A stretch of DNA of 64,000 nt, taken from NCBI GenBank assembly GCA_015056305.1, contig SVGO01000001.1:1602-65601 (forward strand). The letters run 5' to 3'. Every line of letters begins with the position of its first letter. Position 1 is the first letter of the stretch. The position numbers were made by a program, and so were the translations under genes. The notes under the pieces are model-generated. The model was given only the letters and a program-made list of their open reading frames with translations. It did no database searches and was not told the DNA's origin. Source of the DNA: Clostridiales bacterium (GTDB lineage: Bacteria; Bacillota; Clostridia; Christensenellales; Aristaeellaceae). Below are positions 25,480 to 34,384 of the stretch, piece by piece.

Positions 25480-25753
25480 GTTCCGGTTCTCCCTTCTCTT
25501 CTGCAAATACATTGCCGCCGTGTCCTTCGACCAGCGCCACACACAGCGCAGCCAGAACGCCGAAGCCGCCGGCCATACCCAGCATAGCGATCAGATGGAT
25601 GACGGCCAGTTCCCCGGCCATCATCGCAATCATCCCAAGTACAACACCGAAGACCATCACCCCGGCCATACCACCAAAGGCAAGCACGCCCACCCTCGCC
25701 AGGTTGCGGCGAAGTGCAGCGCTGAAGATCTCCGGATCAAAACCTTTATCCAT
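25472..25753 (-). CDS. small integral membrane protein
   Basis: Gly/Ala/Met-rich TM segments. The ATG at 25753 has better SD spacing than the ATG at 25762. Confidence 0.45.
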   Translation of the reverse strand: MDKGFDPEIFSAALRRNLARVGVLAFGGMAGVMVFGVVLGMIAMMAGELAVIHLIAMLGMAGGFGVLAALCVALVEGHGGNVFAEEKGEPEHE

Positions 25754-25754
25754 A

Positions 25755-26081
25755 TCAGACATCTCCTTCTCTGCGATGCATGGACTTCTCAGGATCGAAG
25801 CCGTCGGGGTATCTCCTTTTCAGCTTCTCAATGTTGGTGTCGAAAACTTCGTCGAGCGTGACGTGCAGGATCTCGCAAAGCAATGCCAGATACCACGCCA
25901 CATCACCCGCTTCTTTAATCATCTTGTCCTTATCCAACGGATGCCCTTGAAAGACACTCTTCTTGATAGCATCGGCCACCTCGCCGGCTTCCCCTGCCAG
26001 TCCAAGCGCAGCGTTTGTCAGCCTTCGGCATTCAGGATTTGCCGTGCGCATCGCCAGCTTCTGATATTCATTGCCTGTCAT
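25755..26081 (-). CDS. mazG: MazG-like nucleotide pyrophosphohydrolase
   Basis: 108 aa. AGEAGEVADAIKK ... EAGDVAWYLALL ... E/D pattern of all-alpha NTP-PPases. Confidence 0.8.
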   Translation of the reverse strand: MTGNEYQKLAMRTANPECRRLTNAALGLAGEAGEVADAIKKSVFQGHPLDKDKMIKEAGDVAWYLALLCEILHVTLDEVFDTNIEKLKRRYPDGFDPEKSMHRREGDV

Positions 26082-26379
26082 TTGTTACTCCTCCAAACAT
26101 ATCAATCTGCCCTTCAACTGGCAAGATCTTCTTGGGATCGTTCGTGAGTGTCCTGATAATCTGCCTGTATCCCTTTGGCGCAGGCTTATCGAACAGGCCG
26201 CATGCTTCCCACTTCTTCACCCAGTCCGTAGCAATCGAAGCGGATGTGCCATATATCACGCACTTAAACCATCGTCTGTTGCCGTGCTGGTATGTGTACA
26301 GGTAAGGACAATCCCTACACTTCTTCCCCGGCGTTGTACCGAAGAGCTTGTGCATAGCATAGATTTTTCGTAAGACCAT
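26068..26379 (-). CDS. hypothetical protein
   Basis: 103 aa, downstream of the helicase-MTase fusion gene (26383..28902) in the leftward operon. Confidence 0.45.
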   Translation of the reverse strand: MVLRKIYAMHKLFGTTPGKKCRDCPYLYTYQHGNRRWFKCVIYGTSASIATDWVKKWEACGLFDKPAPKGYRQIIRTLTNDPKKILPVEGQIDMFGGVTNDRQ

Positions 26380-26382
26380 CGC

Positions 26383-28902
26383 TCACGCCTCCATATCCAG
26401 CAAATCAAACAGCGTCGGTGCAGCGGCCTGTGCTTCTGCCGCTTGCAGATATCCCACGCCATCTCGGAAGTAATCCACGTTCAACTCGGTACCCATACCC
26501 CGGCGGCCCATGTCCAAAGCTACCTTCGGTACTGTGAACAGACCAGCGAAAGGATCAAAGACCAGATCCCCCTCGTTGGAATAGCGCCGGATCAATCGCT
26601 CCACGATATCCAGCTGCAAAGGACACACATGCATCTGTGCCCGGCGCTGGCTCTGCGAAGTATTGAGTGTGCGCATGCGGTTGATATCATCCCACACCTG
26701 ATCCGTCCAGCTGCCAGGCGCAACCACCATGAACGTCGCCGGCAGCTTGCCATCCTCATCCAGCTTAAGCGCCAGCTTCACATGCTCGTCATAGCTGTAC
26801 ACATTGTCCCGGCTGAACTGACGGTACAAGGATTGCAGCTTGGTGACCGGCGCGCTGGCCAGCTCCTTCTTTTCCACCAGCCTGTCGCCACTAGAGCGCC
26901 AGTAGCCGTGCGCATCGATCTGCCATTGAGCGCGCGTGTATTCTTCCTTGCTCTTGGTGACAGGCTCGTCCGCATAGGCGCGGCTGGTATCCGTGGGCAG
27001 CTTGCGGAAGAGCAGGATATATTCCGGGCAACCAACGCCCATCTTCGTGCCATCCTTGCATTGCTCCGTCCAGCCCAGGCGATACGTCTGGTTGTTCTCC
27101 CTCACAACATCGGTGACAACCGTGATCATGCCGAAGTACTGGAAGCCATGGCGCATGTAATGCTGGATGCACATCGCATGGAACGGCTCCATCGTAGGCA
27201 TGCCCGTGCCCGTTGCATTGCCAAAGAGAACACGATCTTTCACATGGCAGGCGAACACGCGACCGGGCCTCAGGATCTTGAGAAGGTTCGGGCTGAGATA
27301 ATCCATCTGTTCAAAGAACTTGCCCGTGTTCTCGTTGTGTCCGAAATCGTTGTAGCTCGGTGTGTATTCGTAGTGATTAGAGAATGGAATGCTGGTCACA
27401 ATCAGATCAACGCTGCTTTCCTGCATCCTGCTCGTTTCTTCCACGCAGTCTGCATGGATCGCCTTGAAGCGTTCGCCGCAGACTTCCAGTCTTTCAACGC
27501 CCATACTGCGCTGCATCCTTTCCGCAATCAGGCCATTGTGCAAGCCGTACTTCTTGACGATGGCAACCATCTGACGCTGCAGCTCATCATGCTGCGCCCA
27601 CTTTTTAAGCAGCGCCGCCTTGACCTGCGCTTCGCTCTCCGTGTAGATGATGTCGATGATCACCTTCTCCGTCTGAAGGAAACGATAGATGCGATGGATG
27701 GCCTGAATGAAATCATTGAACTTATAGTCGATACCCAAGAAGATTGCCCGATGACAATGCCGCTGGAAGTTGCAGCCCTGTCCGCTGATCTCTTTCTTGG
27801 TTGCCAGCAACCGGATGCGTCCCTCGGAGAAGTCGACCACGCGCCGCTCTCGCTCGTCCAGATCCTGCGTGCCGTACACTTCCACGGCTTCAGGGATTAC
27901 CTGCTTGATGGCATGGCGCTCGCTTTCCAGATCATGCCACAGGATGAAATGATCATCAGGCGCAGCGCTCACCAGCTCCACCATTTTGCGGACCCGCGCA
28001 AAAAGGCTCTCGCGTTTTTCCCTCGCTTCGTCCTGAAGAGAGATGCTTGCATCCCGGATCAGCTTCACCTGTCCATGCTTGTCTGTACCTGCGCTCGCAT
28101 GATCCACCGGGATCTCATGCCAGCGGATGTCCAGCTCCGGCAGATCATAGCCTGCGTCGCTGTATCCCAGGTCGCTGGGCTTACTCAGCAGCAGCGCCCA
28201 GCTGGCCACCCACAGCCAGAACTCCTGTTCCTTGTGCGGGTAGAGCGTCAGGTTATTGGCCTTGGTGCTGTCCCTCTGAAAGAATCTGGTGAGCGCCTGC
28301 CCTGTGTCCATGATCTCAAGAAAGCCGGCGTAATGAATCAGCTCTTTGAACTTGTTCGGGGATGGCGTCGCCGTGCAGACCAGCTTATACTTGACGCCCT
28401 TGAACTTGTCGAGGAAGGTTTGATAGGTCTTGCTGCCAAAGCTGCGAAGCACGCTGGCCTCATCCAGGCAGGCCGTGCAGAACTGGCGCGGATCAATGTC
28501 GCCGTCGCGCACGCGCTCATAGTTGGTCATGACAATCTCACCGCCAAAACCTGCAGCCTCTTCCATCGTGCGCACATACACCGGCGCAGGGTATCCAAGG
28601 ATGCGCTCGGCATCCCTGGCAAACTCCTGCTTTACCCCTAAGGGTAAAACAATCAGCGCCTTCGCATGAGCATGGCCATTGCTTCGCTCATGCTGTACGG
28701 TCTGGTGACAGAACTCCAACTCCTGTACCGTCTTGCCCAGGCCGAAGGATTCAAACAATGCGCGCCGACCTCCGCGGCAGGCCCACATCACAGCATCCTT
28801 CTGGTGATTCATGAGCGCAGGATTGACAGCTGCAGGATCTACATCAAATCCGCTGGCCGGGGCGATGACCACCTTCCCCTTGAGGAAATCCGTGTAGTTC
28901 AT
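26383..28902 (-). CDS. SNF2-family helicase fused to a beta-class amino (N6-A/N4-C) DNA methyltransferase
   Basis: Helicase motifs GLGKT, DEAS, TATP. MTase motif IV SIPF precedes motif I FDPFAGLFT. The ATG at 28902 follows GGAGGTG, with an ATGA overlap to the upstream stop. Confidence 0.85.
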   Translation of the reverse strand: MNYTDFLKGKVVIAPASGFDVDPAAVNPALMNHQKDAVMWACRGGRRALFESFGLGKTVQELEFCHQTVQHERSNGHAHAKALIVLPLGVKQEFARDAERILGYPAPVYVRTMEEAAGFGGEIVMTNYERVRDGDIDPRQFCTACLDEASVLRSFGSKTYQTFLDKFKGVKYKLVCTATPSPNKFKELIHYAGFLEIMDTGQALTRFFQRDSTKANNLTLYPHKEQEFWLWVASWALLLSKPSDLGYSDAGYDLPELDIRWHEIPVDHASAGTDKHGQVKLIRDASISLQDEAREKRESLFARVRKMVELVSAAPDDHFILWHDLESERHAIKQVIPEAVEVYGTQDLDERERRVVDFSEGRIRLLATKKEISGQGCNFQRHCHRAIFLGIDYKFNDFIQAIHRIYRFLQTEKVIIDIIYTESEAQVKAALLKKWAQHDELQRQMVAIVKKYGLHNGLIAERMQRSMGVERLEVCGERFKAIHADCVEETSRMQESSVDLIVTSIPFSNHYEYTPSYNDFGHNENTGKFFEQMDYLSPNLLKILRPGRVFACHVKDRVLFGNATGTGMPTMEPFHAMCIQHYMRHGFQYFGMITVVTDVVRENNQTYRLGWTEQCKDGTKMGVGCPEYILLFRKLPTDTSRAYADEPVTKSKEEYTRAQWQIDAHGYWRSSGDRLVEKKELASAPVTKLQSLYRQFSRDNVYSYDEHVKLALKLDEDGKLPATFMVVAPGSWTDQVWDDINRMRTLNTSQSQRRAQMHVCPLQLDIVERLIRRYSNEGDLVFDPFAGLFTVPKVALDMGRRGMGTELNVDYFRDGVGYLQAAEAQAAAPTLFDLLDMEA

Positions 28903-30536
28903 ACGCCACCTCCGCAATACTCTGGCAGATTCGCTCTGACCAGCGCCGCCGGGATCGGGGGACACACCGCATTGCCGCAGCGCGCCACCTGTTCGGACTT
29001 AGGATACTCCTTACCGTCCGCATCCACGTCGATGATGTAATCAGCCGGGAATCCCTGTGCATCAAATAACTCACGCGGCGTCAGCATGCGCAGACCAATG
29101 TCAACGATCTGATAATCCTGCCCGTGTACAGTCACCAATCCCATCCGATCCTTTGCCGTGACCGTAGGTGCCGGTTTGTCGCATGGTGCAGAGCTGTCGC
29201 CGGAGCTGTAATACTTGATCAAAAATGCCTTGACTTCTGCAAAGTGTCCGATACCAGCTGTCACTGTATTGAGCGGCTGGTCAACAGGCTGCCCGTCGCA
29301 ATGGTTATTGAACTGCGTAACATGCACAGCACACATGGCATTATGATCAATGGCTGTCACCGTAGACAGCGGCGCTTCCGGGCTGCTTCCTGTTACGCCA
29401 CCGTAATACTTGGAGATGAACGTAGATACCAGACCGTAACGATTGGATGCATCCACCGTACGAATAGGCTCATCAATATGCTGGCCGCGCACGTTGTCGC
29501 CAGCCTGTTCATCGTGATACTGGATCAGATTTGGCGCAATCATCATGTGATGGCCGCCCGTCGTGATCGTTCCAATCGGATTGCGTGCATCGCTGCCGGC
29601 CGCATTCTCGTTGTTGCACATGAGCACCGGCGTCACCACGCCTGTACCATGCTTAGCCGTGATGGTATCAAGCGGATCTTCAACCGCCTGTCCTCTGAAG
29701 TTATCGCCGCCGTGGTTTACCTGCACAATGAACGGGCGCGGATTGTTGATAACAAACTTCATGATGCCGCGCGCAATCCTGCGCATGGTCTTCTCGCTCA
29801 GCGGACGCACCGCACGGATTCCGTACTGCTTGAAGATTTCTTCGCTGGATGCAAAGATGCTGGGACACGGAAGATTGAAATCCAGCACATCAGCAACCGG
29901 TATCCAAGGCTTCTTGAAACCCGCGACGACTTCCAGCGTACCCGGCTCTGCATGCGTAGGCTCCGGCCATACAATCGGCTTTCCGTCGCATCTGGCAATC
30001 AGGAAGAACCGCTTGCGGATCGTAGGCGCTCCATAATCACAGGCACGAAGCAGGCGTGTTTCAACACGATACCCTTCACGTTGAAGGTGGCGAAGGAATC
30101 TGCGGTATGTTTCACCGGCTCGTCGAGGATCGGGCCTGTTGTTCTTCTTGAGCGGCCCCCAGCTTTGAAATTCTTCGACATTTTCCAGCATAATTACACG
30201 TGGATGCACACGTCTCGCCCACTTCACAGCGACCCAGGCAAGGCCGCGGATGTTCTTATCAACCGGCTTGCCGCCCTTCGCTCTGCTGTGATGCTTGCAG
30301 TCAGGAGAGAACCAAGCCAGCGCAACCGGCCTGCCCTCGCATGCTTCGACCGGATCAACAGCCCAGACATCCTCGATATAATGCTTGGTTGTCGGATGGT
30401 TCGCTCTGTGCATGGCGATAGCTGCCGGATCATGGTTGATTGCAATATCAACGCTCCGGCCAATGGCAATCTCAATGCCAGTAGATGCGCCGCCACCGCC
30501 GGCGAAGTTGTCCACGAAGATTTCATTCTTCATCAC
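28899..30536 (-). CDS. DNA (cytosine-5) methyltransferase with an expanded, six-fold repeated TRD-like region
   Basis: Motif I FAGGGG, motif IV SPDCKHHS, motif VI LENV, C-terminal GNAV. Six P-x-x-T-[IV]-[TD]-[AT] modules between aa 286 and 471. Confidence 0.9.
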   Translation of the reverse strand: MMKNEIFVDNFAGGGGASTGIEIAIGRSVDIAINHDPAAIAMHRANHPTTKHYIEDVWAVDPVEACEGRPVALAWFSPDCKHHSRAKGGKPVDKNIRGLAWVAVKWARRVHPRVIMLENVEEFQSWGPLKKNNRPDPRRAGETYRRFLRHLQREGYRVETRLLRACDYGAPTIRKRFFLIARCDGKPIVWPEPTHAEPGTLEVVAGFKKPWIPVADVLDFNLPCPSIFASSEEIFKQYGIRAVRPLSEKTMRRIARGIMKFVINNPRPFIVQVNHGGDNFRGQAVEDPLDTITAKHGTGVVTPVLMCNNENAAGSDARNPIGTITTGGHHMMIAPNLIQYHDEQAGDNVRGQHIDEPIRTVDASNRYGLVSTFISKYYGGVTGSSPEAPLSTVTAIDHNAMCAVHVTQFNNHCDGQPVDQPLNTVTAGIGHFAEVKAFLIKYYSSGDSSAPCDKPAPTVTAKDRMGLVTVHGQDYQIVDIGLRMLTPRELFDAQGFPADYIIDVDADGKEYPKSEQVARCGNAVCPPIPAALVRANLPEYCGGGV

Positions 30537-30793
30537 GCATCCCCCTCCGGCGGTTTACGCAGCGGCAGTCCGCATTCCGGGCAATGGTTATACCAATGCT
30601 CGATGAATTCCCCACATCTTTTACAGATTGTGGACAGCTTCAATGCCCAATCTTTGCAGCCGGCTGAGTATCCAATTAGGCCGCCGCGGCTTCGGCGCTT
30701 CTTCAAGCACCTGCCATCTCGGATCTCTGGATCCTCGTTCCTCTGGAAGTGAATACACGTGGCACATTTCCCACGGTAATCATTATGTTTCAT
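30533..30793 (-). CDS. Cys-rich zinc-ribbon protein
   Basis: CATC...C and CKRCG...CPECG motifs in 86 aa. Confidence 0.45.
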   Translation of the reverse strand: MKHNDYRGKCATCIHFQRNEDPEIRDGRCLKKRRSRGGLIGYSAGCKDWALKLSTICKRCGEFIEHWYNHCPECGLPLRKPPEGDA

Positions 30794-30814
30794 GTGTTTC
30801 TTGCTCCTTGTTTC

Positions 30815-31129
30815 TTACTCGTTTTCAATACGTTTCTTATACCGGGCGCATTGGCGCACGCTCCGGTTAAGTGATTCTGCAGCAGTTTCCAAACTCATCG
30901 CGTTGAGATAATACATGGCGCAGAATGCGTATTGTTCCGGCTTCATGCTGTCCATGTGTTTGCGCGCCTCTTTCTCTACCCGGATCATGCGCTGTGTCTC
31001 TGCTCTGAGCTTGTTGTCAAAATACTTTTTCTCGTTCTCCGTCATCGCCTTGTGCAGCTGGTTCTTCAGACCACGAATCAGCAGCACCTGGGCGCGCACA
31101 GTTTGAAAAGCCTTTCCCCTCTCCGTCAT
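30815..31129 (-). CDS. small HTH protein (sigma region-4-like)
   Basis: C-terminal MSLETAAESLNRSVRQCARYKKRI. ATGA overlap with the dnaB stop. Confidence 0.4.
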   Translation of the reverse strand: MTERGKAFQTVRAQVLLIRGLKNQLHKAMTENEKKYFDNKLRAETQRMIRVEKEARKHMDSMKPEQYAFCAMYYLNAMSLETAAESLNRSVRQCARYKKRIENE

Positions 31130-32394
31130 GATTCCTCCGCAAATCGCATCACATTTCCCCTGAAGACCACGCGGATTATGCCGCGCTGTCCCTGCCTGTT
31201 CTTGGCGATAATCAATTCCATTCGCTTGCCGCCGAACTCATCGGGCGGTGTCCCGTCATCGTGCACAAAGATCACCACGTTTGCATCCTGCTCAATGCTG
31301 CCGCTCTCGCGCAGATCGCTGAGCACCGGCCGGCGGTTAAACTTTGCATTGTCTCGGTTGAGCTGAGCAGCTGCCACAACCACCACGCCCAGCTCCATGG
31401 CCAGCGCCTTGAGGTCGCGCGTGATCTGGCTGATCTCGTTGACCCTGCTGCCAAGGTTCTGCTCCGGTCGAAGCAGGCCGATGTAATCCACGCACACCAT
31501 GTCCAGGCCGCCCTGATCTTTCAGCCGCACAGCCAGGTTGCGGATGTCGCTCACCCGGCAGATCGCCGCTGCATAGTGCTGGATATTCTCAAGCCCGTAT
31601 GCCGCCATACCCTCGCTGATCCGGATGTTCTCCTTATCGCTCAGCGGTTCCAGTTTGATCAATCTGGAGAAGGCAATCTGCGAGATGTGCGCCAGCGTGC
31701 GCTGGGCATTCTCTTCATCGCTCATTTCCAGGCTGATATATAAAACCTTCTTGCCCTTGCCACCGGCGGCCAGCGCCATGCTCAGCAGCAGCGCGCTCTT
31801 GCCCACGCCCGGACGCGCGCCGATGACAACAAAGTTGCTGGGGATCATGCCGCCGTTCATCATGCCGTCAAGCAGATCCATGCCCGTAGTCACGCGCTGG
31901 GGAAGCTGCTGGGGATTCTCCCTGGCGTCCAATTCACCAAGCACCAACTCAAGCATGGAACGCGTGGTGACCGCCGTGCTTCCTGCAATGATTTCCTTGA
32001 GCTGATCGCAGGCCGTAAGACATACGCTGGACACAGGCGCATCCGGCTTGGAAAGCGCCGCGGATGTATCGACCAGCACCCTGCTGATCTCCCGCTTGAG
32101 CGCATTGTCACGGATGATCTGCGCATGCTTGAGCGCCAGGTCGATGCTGAAGCCCATGCCGCCGGCACAGATATTCACCAGCTCATCGTCAAGCCCCGTC
32201 GCTTCGACCATCGTCACCAGATCAATCGGCTGCTTCTTCTGCTCAAGATCCAGCGCCGCCTTGAAGATCGCCTGATGCTCCGCGCTTTCAAAGTGTGAAG
32301 GCAGCAGGCCCGTCTCGCTGGGGCGCAGCGTGTTCTGAACGATAGCGCTGAGCAAACTCTGCTCAGCTGCCGCCGATAATCTGTACTCCTGCAT
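31126..32394 (-). CDS. dnaB: replicative DNA helicase, DnaB family
   Basis: Walker A GARPGVGKSALLLS. 422 aa. Typical DnaB N-terminal and C-terminal arrangement. Confidence 0.9.
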   Translation of the reverse strand: MQEYRLSAAAEQSLLSAIVQNTLRPSETGLLPSHFESAEHQAIFKAALDLEQKKQPIDLVTMVEATGLDDELVNICAGGMGFSIDLALKHAQIIRDNALKREISRVLVDTSAALSKPDAPVSSVCLTACDQLKEIIAGSTAVTTRSMLELVLGELDARENPQQLPQRVTTGMDLLDGMMNGGMIPSNFVVIGARPGVGKSALLLSMALAAGGKGKKVLYISLEMSDEENAQRTLAHISQIAFSRLIKLEPLSDKENIRISEGMAAYGLENIQHYAAAICRVSDIRNLAVRLKDQGGLDMVCVDYIGLLRPEQNLGSRVNEISQITRDLKALAMELGVVVVAAAQLNRDNAKFNRRPVLSDLRESGSIEQDANVVIFVHDDGTPPDEFGGKRMELIIAKNRQGQRGIIRVVFRGNVMRFAEES

Positions 32395-33166
32395 ACGGAT
32401 CGTAGCCCTCCGACTGTCTGCCGCCGCTGTCTCTGAGGATCGCGCGGTAATAGTTCACGCTGATGCCACCGCGGTTGTCGCTCTCGCTGGCCTTCTTCAG
32501 CGCCGCTTCCAGCACGTCAAATCCGTGAGCGTCCGCGTCTTCAAGCAGCGCATCGAGCGTCGCTTCGCTGTCCGTCAGACGATATCGGCGTATTAAACCA
32601 TCGGCACGCTGAATGTTTGCAACGCGGTCAAGAAGCTCCCTGCCTTCTTCGTCATCCTCGTCATCCTCGGGCGGGAGCGCGTGCGGATACAACAGCCCCT
32701 TCTTAGGTTCTTTAAGTTCTTTAAGTTCTTGGATGTGGGGATCTGTTGGGGACTTGCCGGGGATCTGTTGGGGATCTGCCGGGGCGCTTGCTGGGGATTC
32801 TGCTGGGGAAAATGCTGGGGAATTGTCGGGGAGTTTGCCGGGGATTTGCTGGGGCTGACAGCAATGCTCGTCATACTTGGGAAGGGTGATGACACTATAC
32901 TTGCTCTTCGCCGTCACGATCACATGGCCCGTCTTCTTGAGATGCCCCAGCGCCGTGCGCACCTCGTCTTCGGTCAGGCCGCTGGCAATGGACAGCTGAC
33001 GCCGCCCCGTGAGGAGCTGCCCCCGGAGAAGCGTTTCGCCTCTCCAAAGGGTCTCCTCATGGTTCGCCAGCAGCAGCATGATGATATACAGATAGCCGGT
33101 CTTCGGCTCGTCGTGCCAATCCCAGTCAAGCAGGGAACGGCTCAGCTTAATGAAGCCGTCTGACAA
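32363..33166 (-). CDS. replisome organizer / replication initiator candidate (winged-helix N-terminus, DnaD-like C-terminus)
   Basis: TTG start after GAGGAG. N-terminus FIKLSRSLLDWDWHDEP. Low-complexity P/Q linker. Located upstream of dnaB. Confidence 0.6.
   Translation of the reverse strand: MSDGFIKLSRSLLDWDWHDEPKTGYLYIIMLLLANHEETLWRGETLLRGQLLTGRRQLSIASGLTEDEVRTALGHLKKTGHVIVTAKSKYSVITLPKYDEHCCQPQQIPGKLPDNSPAFSPAESPASAPADPQQIPGKSPTDPHIQELKELKEPKKGLLYPHALPPEDDEDDEEGRELLDRVANIQRADGLIRRYRLTDSEATLDALLEDADAHGFDVLEAALKKASESDNRGGISVNYYRAILRDSGGRQSEGYDPYAGVQIIGGS
32737..32857. repeat. 11 tandem 11-12-nt GGGGAnyTGyy units inside the organizer gene: iteron-type origin candidate
   Basis: GGGG recurs every 11 or 12 nt from 32737 to 32854, so it is not codon-phased. 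An adjacent AT-rich direct repeat ttctttaag x2 lies at 32709-32727. Confidence 0.5.
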
Positions 33167-33196
33167 TCCGTATCACTCCTCATCTGCTGTCCGTGA

Positions 33197-33988
33197 TCAG
33201 CCGATCACACAAACGTTGCAGCCTGCCAGATTGTAGCGCAGCCAATCCGCAACAGCACGCACCGCGTAGAGCCTCCAAGCGCCGCCGTCGCCCTCGTACA
33301 GGGCTGCCTGCGCGTTCTCATTGAAGCGGAGAATGAACGGGCTGGTGACCTGCTCAACCTCGCAGAACGTGCGCAGCGGCGTCAGCGGAACAGGATTCTT
33401 CAGGCTCACATCGCCCACGGTCACCACGCCCGTCTGCACCTGAACCGTCTGCGTCATGCCGTCATCGCTCTTGCGCATGCTCTGTTCCTTGCTCACGCTG
33501 CCGGCCAGCGTCATGACCATGTCGCGCGCATCGCTCTTCTCAAAGCAGGTCTGCATCATCACCTGGAATTCATCAGTCTCAAGGTACTGACCGAACTTGA
33601 TCTCCGGCACAGGAGCCTGGCAGAGGATGCGGCGATGGCGCGTCTTGTGAATGCCCAGCGCCGGGGACAGCACTTCAACCGTCGTTTCGTCCGTCACTCG
33701 CACGATGTGCGTTGGCCTGCCCTCGGCAAACATGCCATCCACGTCAGCTTTGATCATGTCCACCAGGCCATACAACGAGAAAACCGTCACAGAGGAAGGC
33801 TCGGGCATATCCGGCGGCAGCACTCTCTCCATTCGGTTGAGACGACCGCCGTAATACGCATAGGTGCCGCCATTGATGTCAATCGTCTGCACCTGCTCCG
33901 CGGCTTTCTGCATCTCCATGCCGGTATTGATCAGGAATTCTTCAACGGCGCGCGCCGTTTCGGGATTGGGATTCATCTGCTTATACAT
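33197..33988 (-). CDS. hypothetical replication/recombination-module protein
   Basis: 263-aa ORF between the SSB-like and organizer genes. Confidence 0.45.
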   Translation of the reverse strand: MYKQMNPNPETARAVEEFLINTGMEMQKAAEQVQTIDINGGTYAYYGGRLNRMERVLPPDMPEPSSVTVFSLYGLVDMIKADVDGMFAEGRPTHIVRVTDETTVEVLSPALGIHKTRHRRILCQAPVPEIKFGQYLETDEFQVMMQTCFEKSDARDMVMTLAGSVSKEQSMRKSDDGMTQTVQVQTGVVTVGDVSLKNPVPLTPLRTFCEVEQVTSPFILRFNENAQAALYEGDGGAWRLYAVRAVADWLRYNLAGCNVCVIG

Positions 33989-34005
33989 CTGCGTACCTCT
34001 CTTTC

Positions 34006-34371
34006 TTACACACCAAAGTCAATGACCTTGGGAAGGATCGTCGTGCCGTCCATCCTCGTCTGGCCCGGCGTCTGGTTGGTAATTTCCGTCGCCGTGACAG
34101 CGCCGGTCGCTTCATCCTTGGCGAGGAAGACCGTCTGCGCATTGGGTACCGGCGGCGCAAGCGTGCTCTTCACTTCCACCTTGAACTCGGCAGCGTCACG
34201 CTTTTCATTGGGCGCGATGCTGATGTTGATCGCAATCGCGCGCTTCTTCTTCGGATCGGTATTCGGATCGAAGACGTTCTCAAGCACGCGCTTGAGCTCA
34301 TAATTGAAACGCTCCGTCAGGCTGCCATCCATCAGCTCATCAAGGTTGCGGATCTGTCTCTGGTTTGCCAT
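34006..34371 (-). CDS. hypothetical protein
   Basis: 121-aa ORF. Confidence 0.45.
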   Translation of the reverse strand: MANQRQIRNLDELMDGSLTERFNYELKRVLENVFDPNTDPKKKRAIAINISIAPNEKRDAAEFKVEVKSTLAPPVPNAQTVFLAKDEATGAVTATEITNQTPGQTRMDGTTILPKVIDFGV

Positions 34372-34384
34372 CGCTCATCCCTCC

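Noticed and set aside
32737-32857. Short tandem repeats as a CRISPR array
   Set aside because: The units are 11-12 nt and contiguous without spacers. They lie inside a coding gene and no cas genes are present in the window.
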